This document shows positions 1 through 8,913 of a stretch of DNA of 18,382 bases, in pieces. Every line of letters starts with the position of its first letter. The first letter of the stretch is position 1. Source of the stretch: Pseudomonadota bacterium. Its GTDB lineage: Bacteria; Pseudomonadota; Alphaproteobacteria; RF32; CAG-239. The notes below the pieces were generated by a model. The model was not told where the DNA came from, searched no databases, and was given only the letters and a program-made list of their open reading frames with translations. The stretch covers positions 1 through 18,382 of the forward strand of contig CAKJXZ020000006.1 of NCBI GenBank assembly GCA_918234285.1, given 5' to 3'. The position numbers and the translations under genes are program-made.

Positions 1-54
1 ATGCAGAGGATTGCAAATCCTTCTATATCGGTTCAATTCCGGTACCGGCCTCCA
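1..54 (+). tRNA. tRNA-Cys(GCA), 5' end truncated by the window edge
   Basis: Anticodon arm GAGGA-TTGCAAA-TCCTT with GCA at 13-15; T-loop GGTTCAATTCC; acceptor 3' strand ending CCA at 52-54. Confidence 0.93.
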
Positions 55-60
55 CTTTAT

Positions 61-135
61 TCCGACTTAGCTCAGCGGTAGAGCAATCGGCTGTTAACCG
101 ATTGGTCGTTGGTTCGAATCCGACAGTCGGAGCCA
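61..135 (+). tRNA. tRNA-Asn(GTT)
   Basis: Full cloverleaf: acceptor TCCGACT/AGTCGGA, D-arm GCTCAGCGGTAGAGC, anticodon arm ATCGG-CTGTTAA-CCGAT (GTT at 93-95), T-loop GGTTCGAATCC, encoded CCA. Confidence 0.97.
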
Positions 136-137
136 TA

Positions 138-168
138 AAAAAAGCCACCCCTTGCGGGTGGTTTTTTT
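138..168. terminator. Bidirectional-type intrinsic terminator after the tRNA pair
   Basis: A-tract, GCCACCC-CTTGC-GGGTGGT hairpin, T-tract, directly after tRNA-Asn. Confidence 0.8.
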
Positions 169-333
169 ATTGTCCCGGTCGGATGCGAACCAACGAAGAG
201 TTGGTTCGACGCCAAGCGAAAGCGAGACGAGAGTATCGCGGTCGCCAAAGGCGATGAGCGCGAAGGAAACGCGAAGCGGAACAATCTGACAGAAGTCGCT
301 GAAAGGCGACTTTAATATTATAGCACTGCACAC

Positions 334-363
334 AAAAAAGCCACCCCTTGGGGTGGTTTTTTT
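334..363. terminator. Second copy of the terminator hairpin; could terminate the uvrB transcript on the minus strand
   Basis: AAAAAAGCCACCCC-TT-GGGGTGGTTTTTTT, located 78 bp beyond the uvrB stop. Confidence 0.65.
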
Positions 364-440
364 ATTGTCCCGGTCGGATGCGAACCAACGAGAAGTCCGC
401 GACCGACGTTCGGCTGGTTCTTTTTCGTTATGCCGTAAAG

Positions 441-2426
441 CTACATATTTTTCAGTGCCAGCGCCTCTAATTCTTTGAGCTGGTCACGATATACCATGGC
501 CTGTTCAAATTCGAGATTTTGTGCGGCCTCACGCATAAGTTTGGTCAGCTCTTTAATCTTTTTATCAATATTGCGGATTTTTTCGACGTCTTGCGTATCG
601 GTTTTAACAAAATCGGTTTCGGTCATTTCTTTCAATGTAGCGGAAATGCTCTTTTTGATGGTTTGCGGGGTGATGCCGTTGGCAATATTGTATTGCGATT
701 GTTTTTGGCGGCGACGATTGGTTTCATCGAGCGCAACTTTAATCGAATCCGTAATTTTATCCGCATAGAGAATTACCCGACCTTGAGCATTACGCGCCGC
801 ACGACCGATGGTCTGAATCAGTGAACGGGTGGAGCGTAAAAATCCTTCTTTGTCGGCATCTAAAATTGCCACCAGTGAGCATTCCGGAATATCTAAGCCC
901 TCGCGCAACAGGTTAATGCCGACCAACACGTCAAATTTGCCGAGGCGTAAATCACGGATGATTTCAATACGTTCCAAAGTTTCGATATCCGAATGCATAT
1001 AGCGCACTTTTACCCCGTTTTCGCTCAGGTATTCGGTTAAGTCTTCCGCCATTTTTTTGGTTAAAGTCGTTACCAGAACGCGCTCGCCTTTGGCCGCGGT
1101 TTTGCGACATTCTTCCATTAAATCGTCCACCTGATTTTCAACGGGGCGTACAATACACAGCGGGTCGGTCAAGCCGGTAGGACGAATTACCTGCTCGGAG
1201 AATACCCCTTTGCTTTGCTCCAGTTCCCAATCGCCGGGAGTGGCAGAAACAAAGATGGTTTGCGGTCGCATTCTATCCCATTCTTCAAACTTGAGCGGGC
1301 GGTTATCCAAACACGACGGCAGACGGAAGCCGTATTCCGACAGGGTGGTTTTGCGGTTGCGGTCGCCGCGATACATCGCACCGATTTGCGGCACGGCGAT
1401 ATGGCTCTCGTCAATGAAGAGCAGTGCATTTTTCGGAAAATATTCAAACAGTGTCGGCGGCGGCTCGCCCGGTTTGCGTCCGGTTAAATAGCGTGAATAA
1501 TTTTCGATACCCTTGCAGTGGCCGGTAGTATCAATCATTTCTAAGTCAAAGCGGGTGCGCTGTTCCAAACGCTGGGCTTCGAGCAATTTATTTTCGGCAT
1601 TAAATTCTTTGAGCCGGATTTCCAAATCCTCTTTGATATGTGTCATTGCCTGCGAAAGTGCCGGCCGCGGTGTAACGTAGTGGTTGGCCGGATAAACCGT
1701 GATTTCTTCAAGCTGTCGTGTTTTTTTGCCGGTCAAAACGTCAAACTCATAAATTTCTTCGATTTCGTCGCCAAAGAAGGAAACACGCCAAGCCCTGTCT
1801 TCATAGTGGGCCGGAAAAATATCGAGCGTATCACCGTTAACGCGGAAAGTGGAGCGCACGAAATTGACGGTGCAACGCTCATAAAGCAAATTGGCAAGTT
1901 GGCGGTTGATTTCCTGAATGTCGATTACATCGCCGACTTTGAGTGTAAACACCATCGCCGAATACGATTCCATACTGCCCAAGCCGTAAATGCACGATAC
2001 CGAGGCGACGATAATCACGTCTTTTTCTTCCAAAACGTTACGGGTAGCACCATGACGCATACGATCGATTTGCTCGTTGATGGCAGAATCTTTCTCAATA
2101 TAGGTGTCGGTTTTCGGAATATAGGCTTCCGGCTGATAATAATCGTAATAGGAAACAAAATATTCGACATTATTATGCGGAAAAAATTCCTTCATTTCGG
2201 CATACAGTTGGGCGGCCAGAATTTTGTTAGGTTCCATAATCAGTGCCGGTCGTTGGCATTGTTCGATTATTTTGGCCATGGTAAAAGTTTTGCCGGAACC
2301 GGTAACCCCGAGCAATACCTGATTTTTCTCCCCGCGTTCGATGCCTTCGCACAGCTCTCTGATGGCCTGCGGTTGGTCGCCGGAAGGCTCAAACGGGCTT
2401 TCGATTTTGAACGGATTTTCTTTCAT
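441..2426 (-). CDS. uvrB: Excinuclease ABC subunit B
   Basis: 661 aa; PSGDQPQAI, Walker A GVTGSGKT, beta-hairpin [37 protein letters not shown]-terminal UVR domain ([15 protein letters not shown]). Confidence 0.99.
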   Translation of the reverse strand: MKENPFKIESPFEPSGDQPQAIRELCEGIERGEKNQVLLGVTGSGKTFTMAKIIEQCQRPALIMEPNKILAAQLYAEMKEFFPHNNVEYFVSYYDYYQPEAYIPKTDTYIEKDSAINEQIDRMRHGATRNVLEEKDVIIVASVSCIYGLGSMESYSAMVFTLKVGDVIDIQEINRQLANLLYERCTVNFVRSTFRVNGDTLDIFPAHYEDRAWRVSFFGDEIEEIYEFDVLTGKKTRQLEEITVYPANHYVTPRPALSQAMTHIKEDLEIRLKEFNAENKLLEAQRLEQRTRFDLEMIDTTGHCKGIENYSRYLTGRKPGEPPPTLFEYFPKNALLFIDESHIAVPQIGAMYRGDRNRKTTLSEYGFRLPSCLDNRPLKFEEWDRMRPQTIFVSATPGDWELEQSKGVFSEQVIRPTGLTDPLCIVRPVENQVDDLMEECRKTAAKGERVLVTTLTKKMAEDLTEYLSENGVKVRYMHSDIETLERIEIIRDLRLGKFDVLVGINLLREGLDIPECSLVAILDADKEGFLRSTRSLIQTIGRAARNAQGRVILYADKITDSIKVALDETNRRRQKQSQYNIANGITPQTIKKSISATLKEMTETDFVKTDTQDVEKIRNIDKKIKELTKLMREAAQNLEFEQAMVYRDQLKELEALALKNM

Positions 2427-2758
2427 TCTTTGCCGTTTTCTATAATGTATTCAATCAAACGTTTGCGGTCGGAAAGCATGTCTTCGGGCAATTTTTCCGG
2501 AACGGGTTGTTTCATTTTTTTGGCCTGAAATCTTTTAACCAGATAAATGCGCTGGGCAAAAACGGACAACTCTTCGGTGGACATCATACCGTATACCTGT
2601 TGCATTCTTTCGGAATCCGCCGACGTTTCCATGAGAGAACGTTTCTTTTGCTCGGTCGGTGCAGCAGTCGTTTCATTATCAGCCAAACTCTGGGCCGAAA
2701 CAATGGTTATGCCGGCCGCAAGCAAACAACTTAACAAAAATATGGCACGTGACATCAT
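2423..2758 (-). CDS. Hypothetical exported protein, 111 aa
   Basis: N-terminal hydrophobic signal-peptide-like segment ([26 protein letters not shown]); GGAG RBS upstream; stop overlaps the uvrB start (ATGA). Confidence 0.8.
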   Translation of the reverse strand: MMSRAIFLLSCLLAAGITIVSAQSLADNETTAAPTEQKKRSLMETSADSERMQQVYGMMSTEELSVFAQRIYLVKRFQAKKMKQPVPEKLPEDMLSDRKRLIEYIIENGKE

Positions 2759-2770
2759 GATTTTCTCCGC

Positions 2771-3337
2771 CTATTGTTTCAGCATTTTCTGCAATTGATT
2801 AACGGAGTTTTCTGCTTCATTTCCCAGTTTTTTTATATTGCTTTTGGCTTGGTTATAATAGGCATTTGAAGTGCGTTTTGCTTTGTTGTATTGGCGCTCG
2901 ATATCGGCAAGAGCTCGCGTTATTTCGTCGGTACCGGATGAGAAGTTTTTGGTTGGAGACGAGGCAGGTTGTGTTGCACCGGCGGTATTACCGGAAGATT
3001 TGGGCAATATGGCGTCGATGGTTACTTGCGGTATCAGTTCCCGCCAGCTTGGCAGATTCATTTGCTGAGAAGCACTGGAGCGTCGCTCCGTTTCGGGTAG
3101 GGACTCGTTAATGATTTGCATAAGCTGTGTTTGCGAATTATCAAACTGTTCGTTGATTGATTGTGTCAAGCGAGCGGTTTTAGCCGCAGTATTGTCGGCA
3201 GATGCACCGTTGTTTGAAAGCAGTCTGACTTCTTCATTCTCGGAACGAAGCCACGGATTGGCCGGGAGTTGTTGAGCATAAGTCGGCAAGGCGGCCAAGC
3301 AACAAAACCCCAAAGCATAAAAAATAAATGAGCGCAT
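2771..3337 (-). CDS. Hypothetical exported protein, 188 aa, with a coiled-coil-like C-terminus
   Basis: Signal-peptide-like N-terminus (MRSFIFYALGFCCLAALPTYA-QQ); GGAG RBS; 12 bp from the next gene. Confidence 0.82.
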   Translation of the reverse strand: MRSFIFYALGFCCLAALPTYAQQLPANPWLRSENEEVRLLSNNGASADNTAAKTARLTQSINEQFDNSQTQLMQIINESLPETERRSSASQQMNLPSWRELIPQVTIDAILPKSSGNTAGATQPASSPTKNFSSGTDEITRALADIERQYNKAKRTSNAYYNQAKSNIKKLGNEAENSVNQLQKMLKQ

Positions 3338-3363
3338 CGTATATCTCCATAATCAATGCGCCC

Positions 3364-3392
3364 ATTGTAACATAAAAAAATCAGATTGTCAG
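3364..3392 (-). promoter_or_regulatory. Putative sigma70 promoter for the orf188-orf111-uvrB unit
   Basis: Minus strand reads CTGACA-N17-TACAAT with an extended -10 TG. Confidence 0.6.
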
Positions 3393-3405
3393 TATAATCT
3401 TTTAT

Positions 3406-4044
3406 TTATTTAACTTTTTTCCGCTTTGCGGTCGGTTTCGAGCTTTTGGCCTCGTTTTTTTCCGGCTCGATACCGTATGCGCAGAAGTCCTTGGCCGGAG
3501 TGTGAGATTTCTGCACAATATAAGCCGGTGTATTAACTACGGTGGAATCGGCCGGAATGTCGTGAATGACTATGGCATTTGAACCGATTTTGACATTGTT
3601 TCCGAGTGTTATCGGCCCCAAAATCTGTGCGCCCGAGCCGATGGTAACGTTGTTGCCGATGGTCGGATGGCGCTTAACCAGCTTATGTCCGTGTTCGTCG
3701 TATAATTTGCGGCCGCCGAGCGTAACATCGTGATAAAGTGTAACATTGTCGCCGATTTCGGTGGTTTCGCCGATAACAACTCCCATACCGTGATCAATCA
3801 TAAAGCCGGTACCGATTTTGGCACCCGGATGAATCTCAATGCCGGTCAAAAAACGGGCCGTTTGCGACAAGATGCGGGCCAACAGATAAAATTTACGCTG
3901 CCACAACCAATGTGCAACCCGATAAATCCAGATGGCGTGCAATCCCGACGAGCAGATAACAGCCTCAAGTTTGTTGCGGGTTGCCGGATCGCGATCCAGC
4001 ACCGCTTGAATGTCTTGCAAAATTAACTTGTATTTTGGATTCAT
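3406..4044 (-). CDS. cysE: Serine O-acetyltransferase
   Basis: 212 aa; [50 protein letters not shown] hexapeptide-repeat signatures; GGGAG RBS. Confidence 0.95.
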   Translation of the reverse strand: MNPKYKLILQDIQAVLDRDPATRNKLEAVICSSGLHAIWIYRVAHWLWQRKFYLLARILSQTARFLTGIEIHPGAKIGTGFMIDHGMGVVIGETTEIGDNVTLYHDVTLGGRKLYDEHGHKLVKRHPTIGNNVTIGSGAQILGPITLGNNVKIGSNAIVIHDIPADSTVVNTPAYIVQKSHTPAKDFCAYGIEPEKNEAKSSKPTAKRKKVK

Positions 4045-4126
4045 TTTGTGTTATACTCCCAAAAGTTATCTTGATACCATACAGATAAAGTAAATAAGTT
4101 AAGATTAATATAATAAAGTGAAAAAT

Positions 4127-4909
4127 ATGGAAGAAGTAATGTTTAACGGCCATGCCGGCCGAATTGAAGGCAGATATTTCAAGAGCCCGCGACCGAATGC
4201 TCCGGTAGCGCTCATATTGCACCCGGATCCGAATTACGGCGGAACCATGAATAACAAAGTCGTATACAGTTTGTTCCGTTGCTTTAAGGATTTGGGTTTT
4301 TCGGTTTTGCGTTTTAATTTTCGCGGAGTGGGACGTTCACAAGGACAGTTTGATAACGGTAACGGTGAGCTCTCCGATGCAACAATAGCCTTGGATTGGC
4401 TGCAGAATATGAATCCTGATGCCAAACAATGCTGGATTGCCGGATATTCTTTCGGGGCATGGGTCGGGTTACAACTTTTGATGCGGCGCCCGGATATCAA
4501 TAATTTTATTGCCGTCAGCCCGCCGGCCAATGAGCAAGACTTTACCTTTTTGGCACCATGTCCGGCTTCGGGCCTGATTATTCAAGGCGGAGCCGACGAT
4601 ATCGTGCCGCCGACCATGGTGGCTTCAATGGCGCGCCATTTAAATCAGCAACGCAATGTCGAAATCGATTTTGCGATGATTGAAGATGCCGATCACCAAT
4701 ACAATAATCGTCTGCCGGATTTGTATAAAGTCAGCGGACAATACGTTATCAGTGCCATGCAACGTCGCGAACCGATTAAAAAGCGTCGCGGTCGCCGTAA
4801 AAAGTCGGATATGGATGATGAGTTGTTGCTCGAAAATGAAAACGATGATGACATTGAAGATAACGACAATGTTGCCGATGATTTTGCCGACAGCAACAAT
4901 GAGGATTAG
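4127..4909 (+). CDS. Alpha/beta hydrolase, conserved alphaproteobacterial family often found beside cysE/isc genes
   Basis: MEEVMFNGHAGRIEGRY N-terminus, HPDPNYGGTMNN, RFNFRGVGRSQG, nucleophile elbow GYSFG, probable triad Asp (GGADDIV) and His (DADH). ATG 4127 preferred over GTG 4118 because it matches the family N-terminus. Confidence 0.9.
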   Translation: MEEVMFNGHAGRIEGRYFKSPRPNAPVALILHPDPNYGGTMNNKVVYSLFRCFKDLGFSVLRFNFRGVGRSQGQFDNGNGELSDATIALDWLQNMNPDAKQCWIAGYSFGAWVGLQLLMRRPDINNFIAVSPPANEQDFTFLAPCPASGLIIQGGADDIVPPTMVASMARHLNQQRNVEIDFAMIEDADHQYNNRLPDLYKVSGQYVISAMQRREPIKKRRGRRKKSDMDDELLLENENDDDIEDNDNVADDFADSNNED

Positions 4910-4911
4910 CC

Positions 4912-5673
4912 GTGACTGATACGCAAAATAAAGAAAACACCGGCGATTTTAAGAAAATGCTGGCGGATAACATAAAGACCATTGTGTTGGCAGTTTTGAT
5001 TGCGGTGATTATTCGCAGCTTTTGGTTGGAACCGTTCCGCATTCCGTCAGGCTCAATGTATCCGACTTTGCGGGTGGGCGATTATTTGTTTGTCAGCAAA
5101 TATTCTTACGGCTACTCACGTTATTCTTTTCCGTTCGGATTGCCGATATTTGAGGGACGTTTGAAATATAAGCAACCGGAGCGCGGCGATGTGGTAGTGT
5201 TTAAATTTCCGCAAAACACGCACACCGACTTTATCAAACGCATTATCGGACTTCCGGGGGATAAGGTACAGGTTAAGGAGGGGCGTTTATACATCAACGG
5301 TGAACTGATTGAACGCGAAAGGACCGGCAGTTATATTATTGACGAATATGTGGCTATGCCGGAATTTTATAAACAATATATCGAAACTTTGCCGAACGGA
5401 GTAACGCACGATATTTTGGAAATCTCGGATAAGGAACGGATTGTCGACAACACCGAGGAGTTTGTTGTGCCGGAAGATATGTTCTTTATGATGGGCGATA
5501 ATCGTGACCGCTCGGACGACAGCCGTATCAGCGTGGGTTTTGTGCCGAAAGAAAACCTGGTCGGCAAGGCCAAATTTATCTTCTTTTCGCATAATGACAA
5601 AAGCTCTTTGTTTAAGCCGTGGACCTGGTTCAGCTCCATTCGTTGGAACAGATTTTTCAAGGGTATTCATTAA
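4912..5673 (+). CDS. lepB: Signal peptidase I
   Basis: TM helix followed by EPFRIPSGSMYPTL (catalytic Ser), FIKRIIGLPGD (Lys), MGDNRDRSDDSR; directly upstream of rnc-era. Confidence 0.97.
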   Translation: MTDTQNKENTGDFKKMLADNIKTIVLAVLIAVIIRSFWLEPFRIPSGSMYPTLRVGDYLFVSKYSYGYSRYSFPFGLPIFEGRLKYKQPERGDVVVFKFPQNTHTDFIKRIIGLPGDKVQVKEGRLYINGELIERERTGSYIIDEYVAMPEFYKQYIETLPNGVTHDILEISDKERIVDNTEEFVVPEDMFFMMGDNRDRSDDSRISVGFVPKENLVGKAKFIFFSHNDKSSLFKPWTWFSSIRWNRFFKGIH

Positions 5674-5675
5674 AG

Positions 5676-6338
5676 ATGGAAAAGTTACAGGAAACGCTGC
5701 AGTATAAATTCAGAAATCCCAAGCTGTTGCAACAGGCACTGACGCACAGCAGTGTTACCGGTAACGAACACCGCAATTATGAGCGCCTTGAATTTTTGGG
5801 GGACCGCGTACTCGGGATGACCATGGCGCATTTGCTCTACAAAATGTTTCCGCACGACCGTGAGGGTGTGTTGGCGCAGCGCCATGTTAAATTGGTGCGG
5901 GCCGAAACGGTGGCAGCGGTAGTTAAAAAATTGCACATAGATAAATATATTATCGCTAAGGATAAGGAAACCATCCAGAGTACAAACGTGTTGTGCGATG
6001 TGGGCGAGGCGATTATCGGCGCGGTATATATCGACTCTAATATTGAGCAGGCTATAGCATTTGTCGAGCGTAATTGGCGCGATATGATAGATATGGCCGA
6101 CAGCGGTTCGGAAAAAGATTACAAAACCCGCCTGCAGGAAAAGTTTCATACACTGAAACTGGGATTTCCGACTTATGAACTTGTTTCCAAAGATGGAAGC
6201 GACCATAACCCCGTGTTTACAATCAGAGTTGCTCTTGATGATAAAACTTTTGCCGTGGGGCAGGGGAAAAATAAAAAATTGGCTGAACAGCAAGCGGCCG
6301 AAAATTTGTTGAAACAGATGGAAAAAGAAAATGGCTGA
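5676..6338 (+). CDS. rnc: Ribonuclease III
   Basis: ALTHSS, signature YERLEFLGDRVLG, EAIIGAVYIDS, C-terminal dsRBD (KDYKTRLQE...KKLAEQQAA). Start placed at ATG 5676, just after the lepB stop. Confidence 0.97.
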   Translation: MEKLQETLQYKFRNPKLLQQALTHSSVTGNEHRNYERLEFLGDRVLGMTMAHLLYKMFPHDREGVLAQRHVKLVRAETVAAVVKKLHIDKYIIAKDKETIQSTNVLCDVGEAIIGAVYIDSNIEQAIAFVERNWRDMIDMADSGSEKDYKTRLQEKFHTLKLGFPTYELVSKDGSDHNPVFTIRVALDDKTFAVGQGKNKKLAEQQAAENLLKQMEKENG

Positions 6339-7227
6339 TACCAGATGCGGATATGTGGCGCTGATTGGAGCGCCGAATGCGGGAAAATCAACGATAACCA
6401 ATAACTTTGTCGGTTCCAAAGTATCGATTGTTTCGCCAAAAGCGCAGACTACGCGCACCACTATTAAGGGTATAGGTATTTATGACAATACCCAGATTAT
6501 CTTTTTGGATACGCCGGGCATATTTCTGCCGAAACGTAGGCTGGACAGGGCGATGGTGGCTTCCGCTTGGAACGGTTTCGGCGATGCCGATATAAACGTT
6601 TTGGTGGTGGATGCCAAACGCGGTATGAATGAGGAAACGTCGGCGATTATCGATGAACTGATTAAGCGCAACGCGCACGCGGTTCTGGCTTTCAATAAAA
6701 TTGATTTGATGACGGAAGAAGAGTTGCAGGCCCTAAAAGAGGAATTTGAAAATGTGTTCGCTTTTGATGCCGTGTTTATGTTTTCGGCGCAATCGGGCGA
6801 TCATATTACCGAGTTTTATCAGTATCTGGCGGATAATTTGCCGGAAAGCCCGTGGTATTATCCGGAAGAACAGATGTCGGATATGCCGCTCAGGTTTTTG
6901 GCAGCGGAAGTGGTGCGGGAAAAGTTGTTTTTGAACTTGCGCCAGGAGTTGCCGTATGCCCTGACGGTGGAGCCGGAATTATGGGAGCATAAAGATGACG
7001 GTTCCATCCGCGCCGAGATGACGATTTATGTGGCGCGCGAGGGGCAAAAGACCATTATTTTGGGCAAAAACGGCAGTATGATTAAGAAAATCGGTCAGAG
7101 CGCACGGCTCGAGTTGGAAGAATTGTTGGAAGAGCGAATACATCTGTTTTTATACGTCAAAGTGCGCGAAAATTGGGAAAACGACCCGGCACGTTACAGC
7201 GATTGGAATTTGAATTTTAAGGCGTAA
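6331..7227 (+). CDS. era: GTPase Era
   Basis: GAPNAGKST, SIVSPKAQTTR, DTPG, NKID, KH domain (QELPY, IILGKNGSMIKKIG); overlaps the rnc stop. Confidence 0.98.
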   Translation: MADTRCGYVALIGAPNAGKSTITNNFVGSKVSIVSPKAQTTRTTIKGIGIYDNTQIIFLDTPGIFLPKRRLDRAMVASAWNGFGDADINVLVVDAKRGMNEETSAIIDELIKRNAHAVLAFNKIDLMTEEELQALKEEFENVFAFDAVFMFSAQSGDHITEFYQYLADNLPESPWYYPEEQMSDMPLRFLAAEVVREKLFLNLRQELPYALTVEPELWEHKDDGSIRAEMTIYVAREGQKTIILGKNGSMIKKIGQSARLELEELLEERIHLFLYVKVRENWENDPARYSDWNLNFKA

Positions 7228-7246
7228 TTGCTTCACTTTAAAATTG

Positions 7247-7284
7247 CCCTTTCTCCCGATATTTTTCGGGAAAAAGCGTTTTTT
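7247..7284 (+). terminator. Possible intrinsic terminator after era
   Basis: Imperfect hairpin TTTCTCCCGA-TATTTT-TCGGGAAAAA followed by GCGTTTTTT. Confidence 0.45.
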
Positions 7285-7364
7285 ATTCATTTTCTCGCGT
7301 TGTTGACAAATTATTAAGGTGTTTGTTGTATATTATACAATTATAAAACGCACGAGGGAATAAT

Positions 7365-8216
7365 ATGAAACGAACAAAAGTTGCTTTTGTATACGATTTT
7401 GATGAAACACTCAGCACTACCTATATGCAGGATTATCTGCTGATTCCGGAACTGGGAATGAAACCGGCCGATTTTTGGCACGATGCCAATGCGTGGTCGG
7501 CAAAAAACGGGGTGGACCAGGTTACCGGCAGTATGTATTACTTCACCAAAATTGCCAAAGAGCGCGGGTTTAATTTGACCAAAGAAAATTTGGCCTATTG
7601 CGGTGCGTTGATTGTGTTTTTCAAAGGCGTGGAAGAATGGTTCGAGCGCATTAACAGATACGGGCGTTTTTTGGATTTGGATATCGAGCATTACATCATT
7701 TCTTCGGGCTATGAGGAAATTATCGAAGGTTGCCATATCCGCCCGTTTTTCCGCGATGTTTACGGTTGCGCTTTTGCTTATGGCGAAAACGGTAAGGCGG
7801 TGTGGCCGGCACGGGTGGTAAATTATTCCGGCAAAGTGCAGTATCTGGCTAAAATTAACAAAGGTTTGGGTAAGTTTGACGATAAGGTCGTGAATGAATA
7901 TATGCCGGATGAACAGCGGCGCATTCCGTATTCGCGCATTATTTATTTCGGTGACGGGATGACCGATATTCCGTCAATGAAAATGGTAAAAAGTCACGGC
8001 GGTACCGCCATCGCGGTTTATAAGCCGCACAGCCGTCACAAGGCCAAAGCGGTTAAGTTGTTGCAGGACGATCGGGTGAATTTTGCGCTGTCGGCGGATT
8101 ATCGCGAAGGCAAAGATATCGATACGGTGGTTAAAACCATACTAAATAAAATTGCCACCGAGCGCGATTTGGAAGTATTAAAGAAAAAAGAAGACATGAA
8201 AAAGAAAAAGGCGTAG
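7365..8216 (+). CDS. HAD-superfamily hydrolase
   Basis: 283 aa; motif I VYDFDETL, motif II YIISSG, motif III Lys (GKVQYL), motif IV YFGDGMTDIP; GAGGG RBS. Confidence 0.92.
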   Translation: MKRTKVAFVYDFDETLSTTYMQDYLLIPELGMKPADFWHDANAWSAKNGVDQVTGSMYYFTKIAKERGFNLTKENLAYCGALIVFFKGVEEWFERINRYGRFLDLDIEHYIISSGYEEIIEGCHIRPFFRDVYGCAFAYGENGKAVWPARVVNYSGKVQYLAKINKGLGKFDDKVVNEYMPDEQRRIPYSRIIYFGDGMTDIPSMKMVKSHGGTAIAVYKPHSRHKAKAVKLLQDDRVNFALSADYREGKDIDTVVKTILNKIATERDLEVLKKKEDMKKKKA

Positions 8217-8229
8217 TTAACGCCTTTTT
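8205..8229. terminator. Bidirectional terminator between the convergent HAD and HdeD-like genes
   Basis: AAAAAGGCGT-AGTTA-ACGCCTTTTT perfect 10-bp stem overlapping the HAD stop codon. Confidence 0.75.
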
Positions 8230-8766
8230 TTATGCTTTATCCTCGGCAAGTTGGCAATAGTGACGGAAATAAAAATATTCCGAAACGCTGATGAGCCCGT
8301 AAATAACGACATAAGTGCCGGCGGTTAACACCAGCGCCCATTCGCCGAATTGCTGCGAAGTCAAAATAAAATAAGCCAACACCACGCCGATAATACCGCT
8401 GGCCATTGACCATCCCCACGGCATGGCGATTTTACGTGCTTCAAAGCTGCCGGAAATCTGCATAACTCCCGATGCCAGAATCCACAACGCGAAAAATATC
8501 GGCAAAGTTTCGGCGCTCAAGCTGAGATTGGTCATAAAAATCAGTCCCATAAATACATCAAAAAGGCCGACAACCATATACCAGCCGGAATATTCGGACA
8601 GCGAAAAAGTGATGTAGCCGCAACCGAGCATAAACAACATCAAGCCCAGATAAAAAGCCATACCTAAAAGCGAAACGGTCGGATGTGCCCAAATCAATAT
8701 ACCGAGAACCACCATAATCAGGCCGGAAATTAAATGCCATATACTGCATCTTTTATCTTGTTTCAT
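8230..8766 (-). CDS. HdeD/DUF308-like multi-pass membrane protein
   Basis: About six hydrophobic helices in repeated units (W..ISGLIMVVLGILIWAHP; W..VVGLFDVFMGLIF; WSMASGIIGVVLAYFI). Start set at ATG 8766 because AAGGAGGA lies at 8778-8771. Confidence 0.85.
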   Translation of the reverse strand: MKQDKRCSIWHLISGLIMVVLGILIWAHPTVSLLGMAFYLGLMLFMLGCGYITFSLSEYSGWYMVVGLFDVFMGLIFMTNLSLSAETLPIFFALWILASGVMQISGSFEARKIAMPWGWSMASGIIGVVLAYFILTSQQFGEWALVLTAGTYVVIYGLISVSEYFYFRHYCQLAEDKA

Positions 8767-8859
8767 AAAATCCTCCTTTGCTAACGGCATAAAAATATTA
8801 TTTGCGCGGATTTTTTCAAGACGACCGATCAATATAAAAAAAATCGTTCTTAATAAAAA

Positions 8860-8892
8860 TGTCATACAAATTTAAGAAAAATGTGATATACT
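8860..8892 (+). promoter_or_regulatory. Putative promoter of array gene A: degenerate direct-repeat box plus extended -10
   Basis: TGTCAT-ACAAA-TTTAAG (8860-8876; 14/17 identical to the gene C box TGTAAC-ACAAA-TTTAAC), 10 nt spacer, then TATACT preceded by TG-n. Confidence 0.45.
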
Positions 8893-8913
8893 GAGACAAA
8901 GGGAATGAAAAAT

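Larger units (their letters stand above)
138..391 (+). repeat. Two-copy ~58-59 bp direct repeat (138-196 and 334-391) flanking a hairpin-rich spacer
   Basis: AAAAAAGCCACCCCTTG(C)GGGTGGTTTTTTTATTGTCCCGGTCGGATGCGAACCAACGA occurs twice and differs by one base in the hairpin loop. Confidence 0.92.

Noticed and set aside
72-333. Minus-strand ORFs of 70 and 79 aa
   Set aside because: They overlap tRNA-Asn and the terminator repeat, with no RBS or recognisable protein features.
138-391. CRISPR array or insertion sequence
   Set aside because: Only two copies of about 58 bp with a 137-bp spacer; no cas or transposase gene and no terminal inverted repeats with target duplication.
408-420. GTTC-N5-GTTC as a LexA box near uvrB
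   Set aside because: Spacing is 5 rather than 7 and it lies downstream of the gene.
1638-2528. 296-aa plus-strand ORF
   Set aside because: Antisense shadow of uvrB with no motifs.
3366-3376. TGTAACATAAA identical to the first half of the gene B operator
   Set aside because: No second TAACA at 11-bp spacing, orientation opposite to the downstream gene, and fully explained as the extended -10 (TGTTACAAT) on the minus strand.
5685-6461. 258-aa minus-strand ORF
   Set aside because: Antisense shadow of rnc and era.
7303-7335. TTGACA as the -35 of a HAD gene promoter
   Set aside because: No acceptable -10 at 16-18 bp spacing; the nearest TATATT is 20 bp away, so it was not called.
8230-8766. 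HdeD-like membrane protein as immunity protein for gene A
   Set aside because: Only adjacency supports it; it is divergently transcribed and belongs to a widespread family with no link to toxin immunity that I can cite.
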